The position numbers were made by a program, and so were the translations under genes. Below, piece after piece: positions 41,861 to 55,750 of a stretch of 64,000 nt of DNA. Within the stretch, counting starts at the first letter, position 1, and each line of letters opens with the position of its first letter. A model generated the notes under the pieces. That model did not search any database. It had not been told where the DNA came from and saw nothing but the letters and a program-made list of their open reading frames with translations. The stretch lies in contig NIVC01000629.1 of NCBI GenBank assembly GCA_002269645.1, positions 438,390 to 502,389 on the forward strand, in the 5' to 3' direction. The DNA comes from Macrostomum lignano. Its lineage: Eukaryota.

Positions 41861-42477
41861 AGAGAAAAGGGAGATAAGGAAGCTCAGGAAGAGGAAAAGA
41901 GAGACTAGAGAGGGAAATCGGGAAGAGAGAGCAGAGGCGGAGAGGATTGAGAGAGACAGACAGAATCGAGACCTGCAAAACAGCAGAGAAGATTTACCAA
42001 AGCGAATCGCGTGAAAAGCAGTGGATTTCTAGTTGATCCACGAGTAGCATTCGAGGCAAAACCGAGCCAAGCTGGTGATGGGTGCAACTCTACACTGGCA
42101 CGTCAGCGTCTGGAATCCGTTCTTGGCCAGAAGCTAGGAAAAAATTCAACTCCCTAATCTCTGTTAGTTGCTGTGTGAAATCAAATATTTTTTCGACTAA
42201 TGCAAAAAAGCTGAAAAAAAGTTGTTCAAATGAAAGAGTAAAGTTTCAAAGCTGGAGACGGACATACTGATGGAGCGGGAGTTGAGGAGGTTGGATTGGA
42301 GACTCGACAACATGCAAGGTGTTTCTGTACTTCTAATCCCTTTAAGCTTAGGGAAGAAATCACTCGTGTTTTATCCTGCTTCGCGGTGGAGAGAACTGCA
42401 TGCATGACTGGGGGGGGGGCATTGTGCTTGAAAACAATAGATCCGGATTCTCTACGGAACTAGGAAGTGGTGATATT

Positions 42478-43266
42478 ATGAGAGCAGGAATGAGAAAAGC
42501 AATGAGAACAGGAATGAGAACAGGAATGAGAGCAGGAATGAGAGCAGGAATGAGAAAAGCAATGAGAACAGGAATGAGAACAGGAATGAGAGCAGGAATG
42601 AGAGCAGGAATGATAGCAGGAATGAGAGCAGGAATGAGAACAGGAATGAGAACAGGAATGAGAACAGGAATGAGAACAGGAATGAGAACAGGAATGAGAG
42701 CAGGAATGAGAGCAGGAATGATAGCAGGAATGAGAGCAGGAATGAGAACAGGAATGAGAGCAGGAATGAGAGCAGGAATGATAGCAGGAATGAGAGCAGG
42801 AATGAGAACAGGAATGAGAACAGGAATGAGAACAGGAATGAGAACAGGAATGAGAACAGGAATGAGAACAGGAATGAGAACAGGAATGAGAACAGGAATG
42901 AGAACAGGAATGAGAACAGGAATGAGAACTGGAATGAGAACTGGAATGAGAGCAGGAATGAGAGCAGGAATGAGAGCAGGAATGAGAACAGGAATGAGAA
43001 CAGGAATGAAAACAGGAATGAGAACTGGAATGAGAACTGGAATGAGAGCAGGAATGAGAGCAGGAATGAGAACAGGAATGAGAACAGGAATGAGAGCAGG
43101 AATGAGAGCAGGAATGAGAACAGGCATGAGAACAGGAATGAGAGCAGGAATGAGAACAGGAATGAGAACTGGAATGAGAGCAGGAATGAGAGCAGGAATG
43201 AGAACTGGAATGAGAACTGGAATGAGAGCAGGAATGAGAGCAGGAATGAGAGCAGGAATGAGAACT
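42478..43266. repeat. 12-bp minisatellite (GGAATGAGAACA / GGAATGAGAGCA)
   Basis: About 65 tandem copies. Confidence 0.96.
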
Positions 43267-44099
43267 ACGATACAGGAAAATATGAACCCATATGAAATAG
43301 TGAACAATGCACCAAGAAAAAGCAGGACAAGCAAAATTGTGGATTTGTTTCTTGCAGAAGCAGAATCTGCAACAGCATTGCATAACACGTAGCGGCTAAT
43401 CAATCAACATCTGCTTGACGCAATGCTGCAAAGCTGATTGACAGACTTTCAATTGAATCCAGCAGGAAACTTGACCGCAAAAATAAGTGCAAAGACGGCC
43501 GGACTGCCTGAGCTTCGAAGACCGTGCGCCGTTGAAGAAGATGAAAAGCCGAAATGGCCGGTGTTAAAAATTTTCCCTTGAAAAAGAAAACCCTGCAGGC
43601 CCCTCATTTTGCCCTGTCAAGAATTAAACCCTTCAAGCACTGGCGCCGGCAATCTTGTTGCTAACTGACCGATGTTGCTGGCTGGAAGATCTGCCTGGGC
43701 TGGGGGGGGGGGGGGCAGATTCTCCTTCCCGATAAAAAAGTCACGTTGTGGCGGAAATTTCAATAGTTGGGGTAGCGGAGCGAGATCTTAATCAGACAGG
43801 GAAGGCCTCCTGGAAGCAGCGGATGGCCTCTTACCTTGGCTCTTCTGCGCGACAGGCTATCACACCTACCTTTTTTGCTATCCCACTGGCATCTTGCAAC
43901 GTTGCCCGATGCCACATCGCGCATTCGCCATCCTGTGTGGTCTGTGTCCAGTGCAATTGGTGGATTAGGAAGTTATTCCCAAGCAGAAAAATACCGTTGC
44001 TGATGGACTTTGCCTGTAATCCTTGCAGTCAAACAGGTACCTGAGATTCCAGATTGGACGAGGTGTGTATTGAATTTCCCTCGTTTTAAATTGCTATAA

Positions 44100-44350
44100 C
44101 TAATGTATATTTGACTTCACTCCATGCCTCAATAAGTAATGTATATTTGACTTCACTCCATGCCTCAATAAGTAATGTACATTAAGCTTGACTCCCTGTC
44201 CAAATAAAAGTAATGTACATTTGACTTCACTCCCTGCCCCAATAAGTAATGTACATTTGACTTCACTCCCTGCCCCAATAAGTAATGTACATTTTGACTT
44301 CACTCCCTGCCCCAACAACTAGTGTACATTTGACTTCGCTCCCTGCCCCT
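44100..44350. repeat. ~39-bp degenerate minisatellite (TAATGTATATTTGACTTCACTCCATGCCTCAATAAG)
   Basis: About 6 diverging copies. Confidence 0.85.
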
Positions 44351-45194
44351 TCCCTAAGTGATGTACGTTGGTCTCCTTGACTCTTCGTCTAATTAATGAG
44401 ATTATAACGATATTTACAGCGATCAAAATCATCACAAGCATTCTCTTTTTTCTCGTTATGAAAGACACAGAGAAAGGAAATTAAAATAACAAAAATAATA
44501 TACTTCCGTATACTTCAGAACCGCATTTTCTTTGCCAAAAAAGTGTTTGCAAACTCTCAAATTTCCATGCCCTGTCTCTGAAGTCGAGGGGGGGTCCAAC
44601 GCGCTTTGACAACGATCTTCGGAGACTGACTGATGGATCAAACTGATAGGAGATACTAACACAGCAGAAGTTGGCTGGCTATCGCTTATTGCATCAAAGT
44701 TGGGCGTGCGCCAAATGCAAATGCAATTACGTAATATCAACAACACACACGGGGAGCACATTGAGGAAGTAGCAATTGACCCCTCTAACCTCCCCGGATG
44801 GCTCAGACTTTGAGGGATTTTCCAGGAGATCGGGAAACTTCCCCTTGCCTCAATCACGCCCACCCCCTCCCTGCCAGATAACCCCACGCAGCATTTCTTC
44901 ACTTCTCCTACTGCCGATATATTAATCCACTGCCGGAGCAGCAGCAATGAAAGCCCAGCTTCTCCTCGACATCCGGCTTTGGGGGGCTGTTGGGTGGGTC
45001 AGGCAAAGTTGAAGGAGGTCAGGTCACCCGCTTTTCGATATCATATTTCTCAATTTCCTTCAATTCCCTGGCGCGCGATGCCAGGGATAGACTGGGGATA
45101 TTCAAAACTGGGAAAATTGTTAGGGTGAAAGAAAGAATTTGGATTGATCAGAATCAGAAACTCAAAGTATTTTGAGTGAGAGGTATTGCCTTCA

Positions 45195-45480
45195 AATGAC
45201 AAGGACTGCTTAAGAGTGACAAGGAATGCATGAGAGTGACAAGGTATGCATGAGAGTGACAAGGACTGCTTAAGAGTAACAAGGATGCATGAGAGTGACA
45301 AGAAATGCATAGGAGAGACAAGGAATGCATGAGAGTGACAAGGAGTACATAAGAGTGACAAGGAATGAATAGGAGTGATAAGGAATGCATGAGAGTGACA
45401 AGGAATGCATTAGGGTGACAACAAATTTATGGGAGTGACAAGGAGTGCATAAAGGTGACAAGAAATGCATGGGAGTGACA
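45195..45480. repeat. ~20-bp degenerate minisatellite (GAGAGTGACAAGGAATGCAT)
   Basis: About 14 diverged copies. Confidence 0.85.
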
Positions 45481-45924
45481 TGTTTGTAAAATCAAGTACA
45501 TAAAGTTCTGAAATTAATTAAGCTTGCAGAAATCAAGTACCGTCAGTATTTACCGACGCAATTTTAATTGATTGACTGAACCAACTCAATTGAGACGTCT
45601 CTGCACTTTAGACTGATTGATGCCTTATCAGGAGTGAGGTGGGGAGAGATAACAGAGGTTGGAGGCTCAACATAATTAAGGAGAGCATCGACGTGACTCT
45701 GAAGAATGAAGAGGCCACAGACTTTAAGATTTGTTGAGCCTTGAAGTTGAAGCATTTTAATGAGCAGCATAATTCAATGATGAAAAGTTCATCTCTATCT
45801 CAAAATTATTTTTCAGCTCTTATTGTTGCCGCTAAGCTGACAGCAGCTGACAGAATTTGGCGGAAAAAGTGTCAAAGTTAATTAGCCCTTTATCGAAGCT
45901 GATATGAAGTCCTGGGCGCTGCTC

Positions 45925-46850
45925 AGATAGCTCTCTTCTCTCCCCTCCCCTTCTCCCCTCCCCTTCTCACCTCTCCTCCTCTCCCCTCTCCTTCTCCCCT
46001 CCCCTTCTCCCCTCTCCTTCTCTCCCCTCTCCTTCTTTCCCCTCTCCTCCTCTTCCCTCTCCTCTCCCCTCTCCTTCTCCCCTTCTCCCCTCTCCTTCTC
46101 TCCCCTCTCCTCCTCTCCCCTCTCCTCTCCCCTCTCCTTCTCTCCCCTCTCCTCCTCTCCCCTCTCCTCTCCCTCTCCTTCTTTCCCTCCACTTCTCTCC
46201 CCTCTCCTCCTCTCCCTCTCCTTCTCTCCCCTCTCCTTCTCTCCCCTCTCCTCCTCTCCCTCTCCTCTCCCCTCTCCTTCTCTCCCCTCTCCTCCTCTCC
46301 CTCTCCTCTCCCCTCTCCTTCTTTCCCTCCACTTCTCTCCCCTCTCCTCCTCTCCCCTCTCCTTCTCTCCCCTCTCCTTCTCTCCCCTCTCCTTCTCTCC
46401 CCTCTCCTCCTCTCCCCTCTCCTTCTCTCCCCTCTCCTTCTCTCCCCTCTCCTTCTCTCCCCTCTCCTTCTCTCCCCTCTCCTTCTCTCCCTCTCCTTCT
46501 CTCCCCTCTCCTTCTCTCCCCTCTCCTCCTCTCCCCTCTCCTTCTCTCCCCTCTCCTTCTCTCCCCTCTCCTTCTCTCCCCTCTCCTCCTCTCCCCTCTC
46601 CTTCTCTCCCTCTCCTTCTCTCCCCTCTCCTCCTCTCCCCTCTCCTTCTCTCCCTCTCCTTCTCTCCCCTCTCCTTCTCTCCCCTCTCCTTCTCTCCCCT
46701 CTCCTTCTCTCCCCTCTCCTTCTCTCCCCTCTCCTTCTCTCCCCTCTCCTTCTCTTTCCTATTTCCCTGTCTCCTTCTCTCCTCTTTTTTCTTCTCTCCC
46801 CTCCTCCCCATCTCCGTTCTCTACTCCTCTCCCCTATCCCCTTCTCTCGT
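45925..46850. repeat. Polypyrimidine (CTCCC/CCTTCT) tract
   Basis: About 900 nt of nearly pure C/T on the + strand. Confidence 0.95.
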
Positions 46851-47594
46851 ATATCAACAATCCCCTTTCCCTGCTCCTTCTCTGTTAGAAATGCTAGACT
46901 TTGACTGAATTTCGCAGTCAGTCAGCGAGCCAATGAAATCGATTCAAAACAGACGGCGACAATATCAATAACAAAGTGTTAATCCGTTAGCAACAGGCCA
47001 TAAAAAAGCACGAAACAAGCAACAACAAAGTAAAACAGAATCTTACTCAGAGAAATGAGTTCAGTAGGCCAGACCTGACAGGTAGCATGACTGCGAACAT
47101 GAATGGCTCAAATATTGACTCAAGCCGAATGCTTTTCTGCTTGCGTGAGTTTGTGTTTGTACTCGGCGAAAGGGCCGCCCGCCAGCGCATTAAAAGCAAA
47201 ATCGCCAGAGTGAGAGTGCAGACGCTGGCAAACACAAGCAAAATGGTGTGACTCAGAGTTAAGAAAACTGTAACTAATTCCTCTTATAGAATCAAATGGC
47301 ACAGGGTTTTTGTTTTGACGGTTGACGGAGTAAAATAGCCAACAGAGTTACCGTAAGCCAATGATACACTCGGGAATGCAGTGATTTGTGTGAAGTCACG
47401 TTTCCAAGTATTCTTTTTTTGCGGCTAAGGGCAGACGTGAGAGCTGTTAGTTCTGGCTATTGGGCCACGGGGAAAGGATAGAAGCTGTGATGATACTGTT
47501 ATAGCTATTGAGATTCCGCCTTTCAAAATACAACGGGGGTTATTGGGCAAAAAGAGAGAGAATAAGTGGTGTCATTGTAGATTGAGTGAGTGAG

Positions 47595-49260
47595 GATTTG
47601 GAGGGTGAGAGGGAGATGGAGGGTGAGAGGGAGATGGAAGGTGAGGGGAAATGGAGTGTGAGAGGGAGATGGAGGGTGAGAGGGAGATGGAGGGTGAGAG
47701 GGAGATGGAGGGTGAGAGGGAGATGGAGGGTGAGAGGGAGATGGAGGGTGAGAGGGAGATGGAGGGTGAGAGGGAGATGGAGGGTGAGAGGGAGATGGAG
47801 GGTGAGAGGGAGATGGAGGGTGAGAGGGAGATGGAGGGTGAGAGGGAGATGGAGGGTGAGAGAGAGATGGAGGGTGAGAGGGAGATGGAGGGTGAGAGGG
47901 AGATGGAGGGTGAGAGAGATGGAGGGTGAGAGGGAGATGGAGGGTGAGAGGGAGATGGAGGGTGAGAGGGAGATGGAGGGTGAGAGGGAGATGGAGGGTG
48001 AGAGGGAGATGGAGGGTGAGAGGGAGATGGAGGGTGAGAGGGAGAAGCAGGGTGAGAGGGAGATGGAGGGTAAGAGAGAGATGGAGGGTGAGAGGGAGAT
48101 GGAGGGTGAGAGGGAGATGGAGGGTGAGAGGGAGATGGAGGGTGAGAGGGAGATGGAGGGTGAGAGGGAGATGGAGGGTGAGAGGGAGATGGAGGGTGAG
48201 AGGGAGATGGAGGGTGAGAGGGAGATGGAGGGTGAGAGGGAGATGGAGGGTGAGAGGGAGATGGAGGGTGAGAGGGAGATGGAGGGTGAGAGAGAGATGG
48301 AGGGTGAGAGGGAGATGGAGGGTGAGAGGGAGATGGAGGGTGAGAGAGATGGAGGGTGAGAGGGAGATGGAGGGTGAGAGGGAGATGGAGGGTGAGAGGG
48401 AGATGGAGGGTGAGAGGGAGATGGAGGGTGAGAGGGAGATGGAGGGTGAGAGGGAGATGGAGGGTGAGAGGGAGAAGCAGGGTGAGAGGGAGATGGAGGG
48501 TAAGAGAGAGATGGAGGGTGAGAGGGAGATGGAGGGTGAGAGGGAGATGGAGGGTGAGAGGGAGATGGAGGGTGAGAGGGAGATGGAGGGTGAGAGGGAG
48601 ATGGAGGGTGAGAGGGAGATGGAGGGTGAGAGAGAGATGGAGGGTGAGAGGGAGATGGAGGGTAAGAGAGAGATGGAGGGAGAGGGAGATGGAGGGTGAG
48701 AGTGAGATGGAGGGTGAGAGAGATGGAGGGTGAGAGGGAGATGGAGGGTGAGAGGGAGATGGAGGGTGAGAGTGAGATGGAGGGTGAGAGAGATGGAGGG
48801 TGAGAGGGAGATGGAGGGTGAGAGGGAGATGGAGGGTGAGAGAGAGATGGAGGGTGAGAGAGAGATGGAGGGTGAGAGAGAGATGGAGGGTGAGAGGGAG
48901 ATGGAGGGTGAGAGGGAGGTGGAGGGTGAAAGGGAGGTGGAGGGTGAAAGGGAGGTGGAGGGTGAGAGGGAGGTGGAGGGTGAGAGGGAGGTGGAGGGTG
49001 AGAGGGAGGTGGAGGGTGAGAGGGAGGTGGAGGGTGAAAGGGAGGTGGAGGGTGAAAGGGAGGTGGAGGGTGAGAGGGAGGTGGAGGGTGAAAGGGAGGT
49101 GGAGGGTGAGAGGGAGGTGGAGGGTGAGAGGGAGGTGGAGGGTGAAAGGGAGGTGGAGGGTGAAAGGGAGATGGAGGGTGAAAGGGAGGTAGAGGGTGAA
49201 AGGGAGGTGGAGGGTGAAAGGGAGGTGGAGGGAGAGAGGGAGATTGAAGTTGAGAGGGAG
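47595..49260. repeat. 18-bp minisatellite (GAGGGTGAGAGGGAGATG) with an internal 430-bp duplication
   Basis: The variant GGGAGAAGCAGGGT occurs at ~48041 and ~48471. Units drift to GGAGGTG at the right end. Confidence 0.96.
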
Positions 49261-50064
49261 ATGGAAGGGAAGAGGGAGATAGCGATTGATAAGGGTGAGA
49301 GAAGATTGAGAAAGAGAGAGAGAGGAGATGGAGAAGGAGAAGAGGATTTAGAGATGCAGCAAAGGCTAAGAGAGCCAGCAGACAGCGGTTGCCGGCGGTG
49401 CCCTCACCAGAAAAGTACCCCTGTCCCCCCTGTCCCAACCGCGGAAGCCGGCGCGTCACAGAGAGAAATCGAGAAAGAATGAGAGAAGAAAGTTCAAACA
49501 CTTCAGCAGCCGGAGGCTGGCCCGTCCCGCCCACCAATTCAGCCCCCCCCCCGCGGGGCACTCCATCATCTCAAAGTCCTCAATTTTTACCCCCCCCCTA
49601 TCCGGAGAGGCTGGGCGCGGAAAGGAGATGACGATCTGCCCGAGTCGCGATTTGAGGAGGTCTCGAATACCCTCCGGTCATGGCAGCCCGGGCGTGGAAG
49701 TGGAAAATAGGGGGGGGGGTGGAGGGTATGGGATATCTTCCCAGCTAGCGGCTCAATTAGGCAGAGCTTCTGAATTGCGGCAAAAATCTAAGAAAAACTG
49801 CTCACCGACATTGGCTGAGTAAATCTGCGCGCGCCTAAGTGGGATGGAAGTTTGATTTATTTTTAATTCTTCTTTGTCTTAATTCCTTCCCGCATCAGTT
49901 CTTTGTACGAGTACTTCGCGTCTCTTATTGCGACGTCAATTTCAGTTAATCACATATTCTCTCCTCTTAGATTCTTCCTGAAGCTCATCTTTTCCCATCT
50001 GAGTCACACCTATCACCGGTTGCACCTGAATCTCATTTCTGTCTGTCTGTCTCTCTCTCTCCAT

Positions 50065-50480
50065 GAATCTGATCTTCTCCCACCCCTGAATCTCTTGTGT
50101 TTTCTTCTCTCCCCTGAATCTCATCTCCTCTCCTCTCCCCCTGAATCTCATCTCCTCTCCTCTCCCCTGAATCTCATCTCCTCTCCTCTCCCCCTGAATC
50201 TCATCTCCTCTCCTCTCCCCTGAATCTCATCTCCTCTTCTCTCTCCTCCCTAAATCTCATCTTATCTTCTCTCTCCTCCGAGTCTCATCTCATCTCCTTT
50301 TTCCTTTGAATCCCATCTTCTCTCATCTCATCTCCGATCCCCTAAATCTCATCTCATCTCCTCTCCCCCTAAATCTCATCTCATCTTCTCTCTCCCCAAA
50401 AATCTCATCTCATCTTTTCTCTCCCCTGATCCCCTGAATGTCATCTCATCTCTCTCCGCCTAATCTTACCTCCTCTCCTC
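50065..50480. repeat. ~27-bp pyrimidine-rich minisatellite (CCCTGAATCTCATCTCCTCTCCTCTC)
   Basis: Tandem, progressively degenerate copies. Confidence 0.85.
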
Positions 50481-51094
50481 TCACCCTTGATTCCCATCTC
50501 TCAATTCTCATCACTGAATCCCGTCTCTCATCTCAGCCTTACTTCCCAAGAATGCCATCACCGCAGACTCCCAGCCGGACAGAATTGCTCCCAACCCAAT
50601 GGAATCTGGAAAAATCTATCATCACGCAGATGAGGATTGCTCGGCCGGGTGACGAGCTGCCTGCCACCTCCAGCGCCGGGGCCCAAGAGGCTGGGAGTCA
50701 CTTCAGTTCAACTGCCGGTCGTCGGCAGATGTTTCCTGCCAGCGCTAATCCCCGCCTATTCCCAGACAATTTCGACAGCCTATTTTCTGGGTTGGGTGGA
50801 TGTTCGGGATTCCAGAATGTGAAGCTCCTTCGCATGTCTCCGCCCCCTGTCCCTGCTCACAGCGAGTCCTCAACTTCATCCCCAGATTGTCTGAAGCAGG
50901 ATCTCAGCTTTATCTAATAGGAATTCTCTAGAATGAATCTTCTGCAGATTCAGTTGGGATCAATAGTAGTTGAACTTGGTGACCCTGTTGAATGTGTAGC
51001 AACGGTTTAGTTACCTTACGGATGTGGACAATGGATCGCATATTTGAAGAAGGGAAGAAGGAGAGATGAGAGGGTAGAGGGGAGAGGGTGGATG

Positions 51095-51920
51095 TGTCAG
51101 AGAAAGGGTGAGTAGATGTGTCAAAGCAGGGGTGAGTAGATGTGTCAAAGCAAGGGTGAGTAGATGTGTCAGAGCAGGGGTGAGTAGATGTGTCAAAGCA
51201 AGTAGATGTGTCAGAGCAGGGGTGAGTAGATGTGTCAGAGCAGGGGTGAGTAGATGTGTCAGAGCAGGGGTGAGTAGATGTGTCAGAGCAGGGGTGAGTA
51301 GATGTGTCAGAGCAGGGGTGAGTAGATGTGTCAGAGCAGGGGTGAGTAGATGTGTCAAAGCAGGGGTGAGTAGATGTGTCAGAGCAGGGGTGAGTAGATG
51401 TGTCAAAGCAAGGGTGAGTAGATGTGTCAGAGCAGGGGTGAGTAGATGTGTCAAAGCAGGGGTGAGTAGATGTGTCAGAGCAGGGGTGAGTAGATGTGTC
51501 AAAGCAAGGGTGAGTAGATGTGTCAGAGCAGGGTGAGTAGATGTGTCAAAGCAAGTAGATGTGTCAGAGCAGGGGTGAGTAGATGTGTCAAAGCAAGGGT
51601 GAGTAGATGTGTCAGAGCAGGGGTGAGTAGATGTGTCAAAGCAAGGGTGAGTAGATGTGTCAGAGCAGGGGTGAGTAGATGTGTCAAAGCAAGGGTGAGT
51701 AGATGTGTCAGAGCAGGGGTGAGTAGATGTGTCAAAGCAGGGGTGAGAAGATAGAGAGTGGATGTGTCAGAGCAGGGGTGAGAGGGAGATAGTGGATGTG
51801 TCAGAGCAGGGGTCAGAGGGAGATAGTGGATGTGTCAGAGCAGGGGTGAGAGGGAGATAGTGGATGTGTCAGAGCAGGGGTGAGAGGGAGATAGTGGATG
51901 TGTGAGAGCAGGGGTGAGAG
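51095..51920. repeat. 24-bp minisatellite (GCAGGGGTGAGTAGATGTGTCAGA)
   Basis: About 33 tandem copies. Confidence 0.95.
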
Positions 51921-52544
51921 GAGAGAAGAGACGCTCCTATACTTGAGCAGGCAAGCTCACAGGCCGAGAGCATTGCAAATGACACGACTCTGACAACCCT
52001 GAGGCTGCAACATCTCGAAGCAAGCTGCCTACAATAGCCGAGAGCAGTTTCAATTTGATTAAAATAAAGTTTTTTTCACTCCCAGTTGGATAAAATAGTG
52101 TGGCTGATACAGGAATGCCCTTAGCCCGGGAGTTGCTCGCACTGGTTCCTTCCTGCCCACCCTCCGCCCGCTCCTTGCTCGGCAAACAATGGCTGTTGGC
52201 TCTGGGAGGGGGGGGGTTGCAGTCCAAGCAGACCGACTGCTTGGCAGCAGCGTTGAACCGCAGTTGTTGCGTGCAGTGTTTCGTTTCTGAGGCCTCTGTT
52301 GGACAAGCATGACAGCCGGGAGTGCAAACACTGGGGGGGGGGCTGGCTACCTTACTCACTTTACTCGCCTTTGAGCTCATATATCCAAGCAATGTTGCCA
52401 AACTAAGGGCGTACGTGTACTTGATGCATAGAAGGAGAAGTTAAATAATGAGTTCAGGCTGGTTCGGCAGATAACTTTGGCTATTTTATTGACCCGATTT
52501 TATAAATCAAAGTTTAAATCTTTAACGCTTCTTTAAATTTTAAA

Positions 52545-52790
52545 TGGATTTAAAAATGGCGCCGATTTAATTTAAAGAATTGCGCTAATTTGATTTAAAG
52601 AATTGCGCTAATTTGATCTAAAGAATGGCACCAATTTAATTTAAAGAATGGCGCCAATTTGATTTGAAGAATGGCGCCAATTTGATTTGAAAAATGCTCC
52701 GATTTAATTAAACTGGGCGCCGATCTACCTGGATTTGGCGCCGATCTACAAAGACTGGGTGCCGATCTATAAAGGTTGGGCGCCAACTTC
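52545..52790. repeat. ~22-bp degenerate repeat (AAGAATGGCGCCAATTTGATTT-like)
   Basis: About 11 diverged copies with a GGCGCC core. Confidence 0.75.
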
Positions 52791-53582
52791 TGCCTGATGG
52801 AACCGGATCTGTTTGCCAATTAGTCTCTGTCAGGACCGCCTGACTTTCATGGGGATGATGGGGCAATCAGTGAGTGAGGAAAAATACAATTAGAGAACAG
52901 AAGAGGAGAGTCCAGGCGGGATACAGATATCGAGATTATCTGACCGGCAATTATCAGTTGCCGCATCGGCTTCAGCCTCGTGGACGCCAATTCTTATCTA
53001 TTGTGCAGAAATTCCGCGCTACAAAAGCGATGACAAGGTCCCACCTGGTAACAAAGCATCAGCGGGGGGGCTCTGCGCAGACAATTTTGGAGGTGACTAA
53101 GACGCTACGAGATCCTCAGCAATGACTTGATGGTCAAAAAAGTATCTGTTGCTTCTCTGCTGCGTGTGTCTAGAATTCTTACATCAATTAACACTGCGCA
53201 GGAATTCAGGTATAAGGGATCTGAGAGAGGGGATTAGAGAAAGGGGGAAAGGTCGGAGGCCGGCGCCCCGCACGGCTAATGTGGGATAATCTTCCCAAAT
53301 CTGAATCCTCTCTTAAAGAATTCCACGCAACTGGGCATCAGCTGCTGCCGTTGTTCAAATTCCATAAGGCTGCTGCATGCTTTTCACCGCAGATCTGCAA
53401 GGCAGTAAGCGGCTCCACACAAGACAGATTTCAAAGCCTGGGGTACTTTAGGGTACAAGAAGTTGCGGGCTGAATTGGATTTGACAGCAGTAAGATGAGA
53501 GTTTTTATACGAGTAGTATATTATGTATGCGAACAGGCTGCTATGCTTGCAGTCCTGTGAAGTTCTAAATTTTCTATAATTG

Positions 53583-54480
53583 ATAGTTCCCCATCTGTGT
53601 TTAGTTCCCCATCCTTGATTAGTTCCCCATCTGTGTTTAGTTCCCCACCCTTGATTAGTTCCCCATCCTTGATTAGTTCCCCATCTGTGTTTAGTTCCCC
53701 ATCCTTGATTAGTTCCTCACCCTTGATTAGTTCCTCATCTGTGTTTAGTTCCCCATCCTTGATTAGTTCCCCATCTGTGTTTAGTTCCCCATCTGTGTTT
53801 AGTTCCCCACCCTTGATTAGTTCCCCATCCTTGATTAGTTCCCCATCTGTGTTTAGTTCCCCATCCTTGATTAGTTCCTCACCCTTGATTAGTTCCTCAT
53901 CTGTGTTTAGTTCCCCATCCTTGATTAGTTCCCCATCTGTGTTTAGTTCCCCATCTGTGTTTAGTTCCCCATCCTTGAGTAGTTCCTCATCTGTGTTTAG
54001 TTCCCCATCCTTGAGTAGTTCCTCATCTGTGTTTAGTTCCCCATCCTTGATTAGTTCCCCACCCTTGATTAGTTCCTCATCTGTGTTTAGTTCCCCATCC
54101 TTGATTAGTTCCCCACCCTTGATTAGCTCCCCATCCTTGATTAGTTCCCCATCCTTGATTAGTTCCCCACCCTTGATTAGTTCCTCATCTGTGTTTAGTT
54201 CCCCATCCTTGATTAGTTCCCCACCCTTGATTAGCTCCCCATCCTTGATTAGTTCCCCACCCTTGATTAGTTCCCCATCCTTGATTAGTTCCTCATCTGT
54301 GTTTAGTTCCCCATCCTTAATTAGTTCCCCACCCTTGATTAGCTCCCCATACTTGATTAGTTCCCCACCCTTGATTAGCTCCCCATCCTTGATTAGTTCC
54401 CCACCCTTGATTAGTTCCCCATCCTTGATTAGCTCCCCATCCTTGATTAGTTCCCCATCTGTGTTTAGTTCCCCATCCTT
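53583..54480. repeat. 18-bp minisatellite (TTAGTTCCCCATCCTTGA / TTAGTTCCCCATCTGTGT)
   Basis: About 50 tandem copies of a few variants. Confidence 0.96.
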
Positions 54481-55032
54481 GTTAGTAACAAAGTAAAATC
54501 CAAAGCTCAAAAAATGGCAACCCCGCCGTAAAAATTCAGTGTTTTATGGCGTCGCGGCCAGCTCGGGTCACCGACATTTTATACCGACACCCTGCATGCC
54601 CAGCCAGTGATGCTAGTGGGGAGGGATAATATTAACCCGAGTGGTATGATGCCGAATTTGGTTTTGTTGCCACTTAAGATCCCAGAGGGAGGAAGATTAA
54701 AGTATTTGGTAACTTACTCTGGTGCTAGCGCTATAGCAAGAGATTAGTACCGTACTACATAACACTGTACGCCTTACAAACTGCTTTTAAGATAAAAAGG
54801 TCAGCTGAGGTCGTCAATTTCACAGAGATCTTTACTAAAACGGCCGCACGGGGAATGCCAATAAATTTGACGACAAATCCATACACTAAAAATGGTCTGT
54901 CGGTAGGTATGTGTGTGATCGATTTAAGAAAAAATTGTCACTTAAACTGTCAATTAAATGAGGCTAACTTTGTTTTTCTTGGAATTCCTAATAGGCTGTA
55001 ACTTATTTTGTTACGAACTTCTAAGCTGACAG

Positions 55033-55750
55033 GGAATCACTCAGATGCCAATGGTCATGAGGAATCACTCAGATGCCAATGGTCATGAGGAATCACTCAG
55101 ATGCAATGGTCATGAGGAATCACTCAGATGCCAATGGTCATGAGGAATCACTCAGATGCCAATGGTCATGAGGAATCACTCAGATGCCAATGGTCATGAG
55201 GAATCACTCAGATGCCAATGGTCATGGGAATCACTCAGATGCTATGCATGGCTCATGGGAATCACTCAGATCAGTGTCAGATGCCAATGGTCATGGGGAA
55301 TCACTCAGATGCCAATGGTCATGAGGAATCACTCAGATGCCAATGGTCATGAGGAATCACTCAGATGTCAATGGTCATGAGGAATCACTCAGATGCCAAT
55401 GGTCATGGAGAATCACTCAGATGCCAATGGTCATGGGGAATCACTCAGATGCCAATGGTCATGGGGAATCACTCAGATGCCAATGGTCATGGGGAATCAC
55501 TCAGATGCCAATGGTCATGGGGAATCACTCAGATGCCAATGGTCATGGGGAATCACTCAGATGCCAATGGTCATGGGGAATCACTCAGATGCCAATGGTC
55601 ATGGGGAATCACTCAGATGCCAATGGTCATGGGGAATCACTCAGATGCCAATGGTCATGGGGAATCACTCAGATGCCAATGGTCATGTGGAATCACTCAG
55701 ATGCCAATGGTCATGGGGAATCACTCAGATGCTAATGGTCATGGGGAATT
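55033..55750. repeat. 28-bp minisatellite (GGAATCACTCAGATGCCAATGGTCATG(G/A))
   Basis: About 25 tandem copies. Confidence 0.95.
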
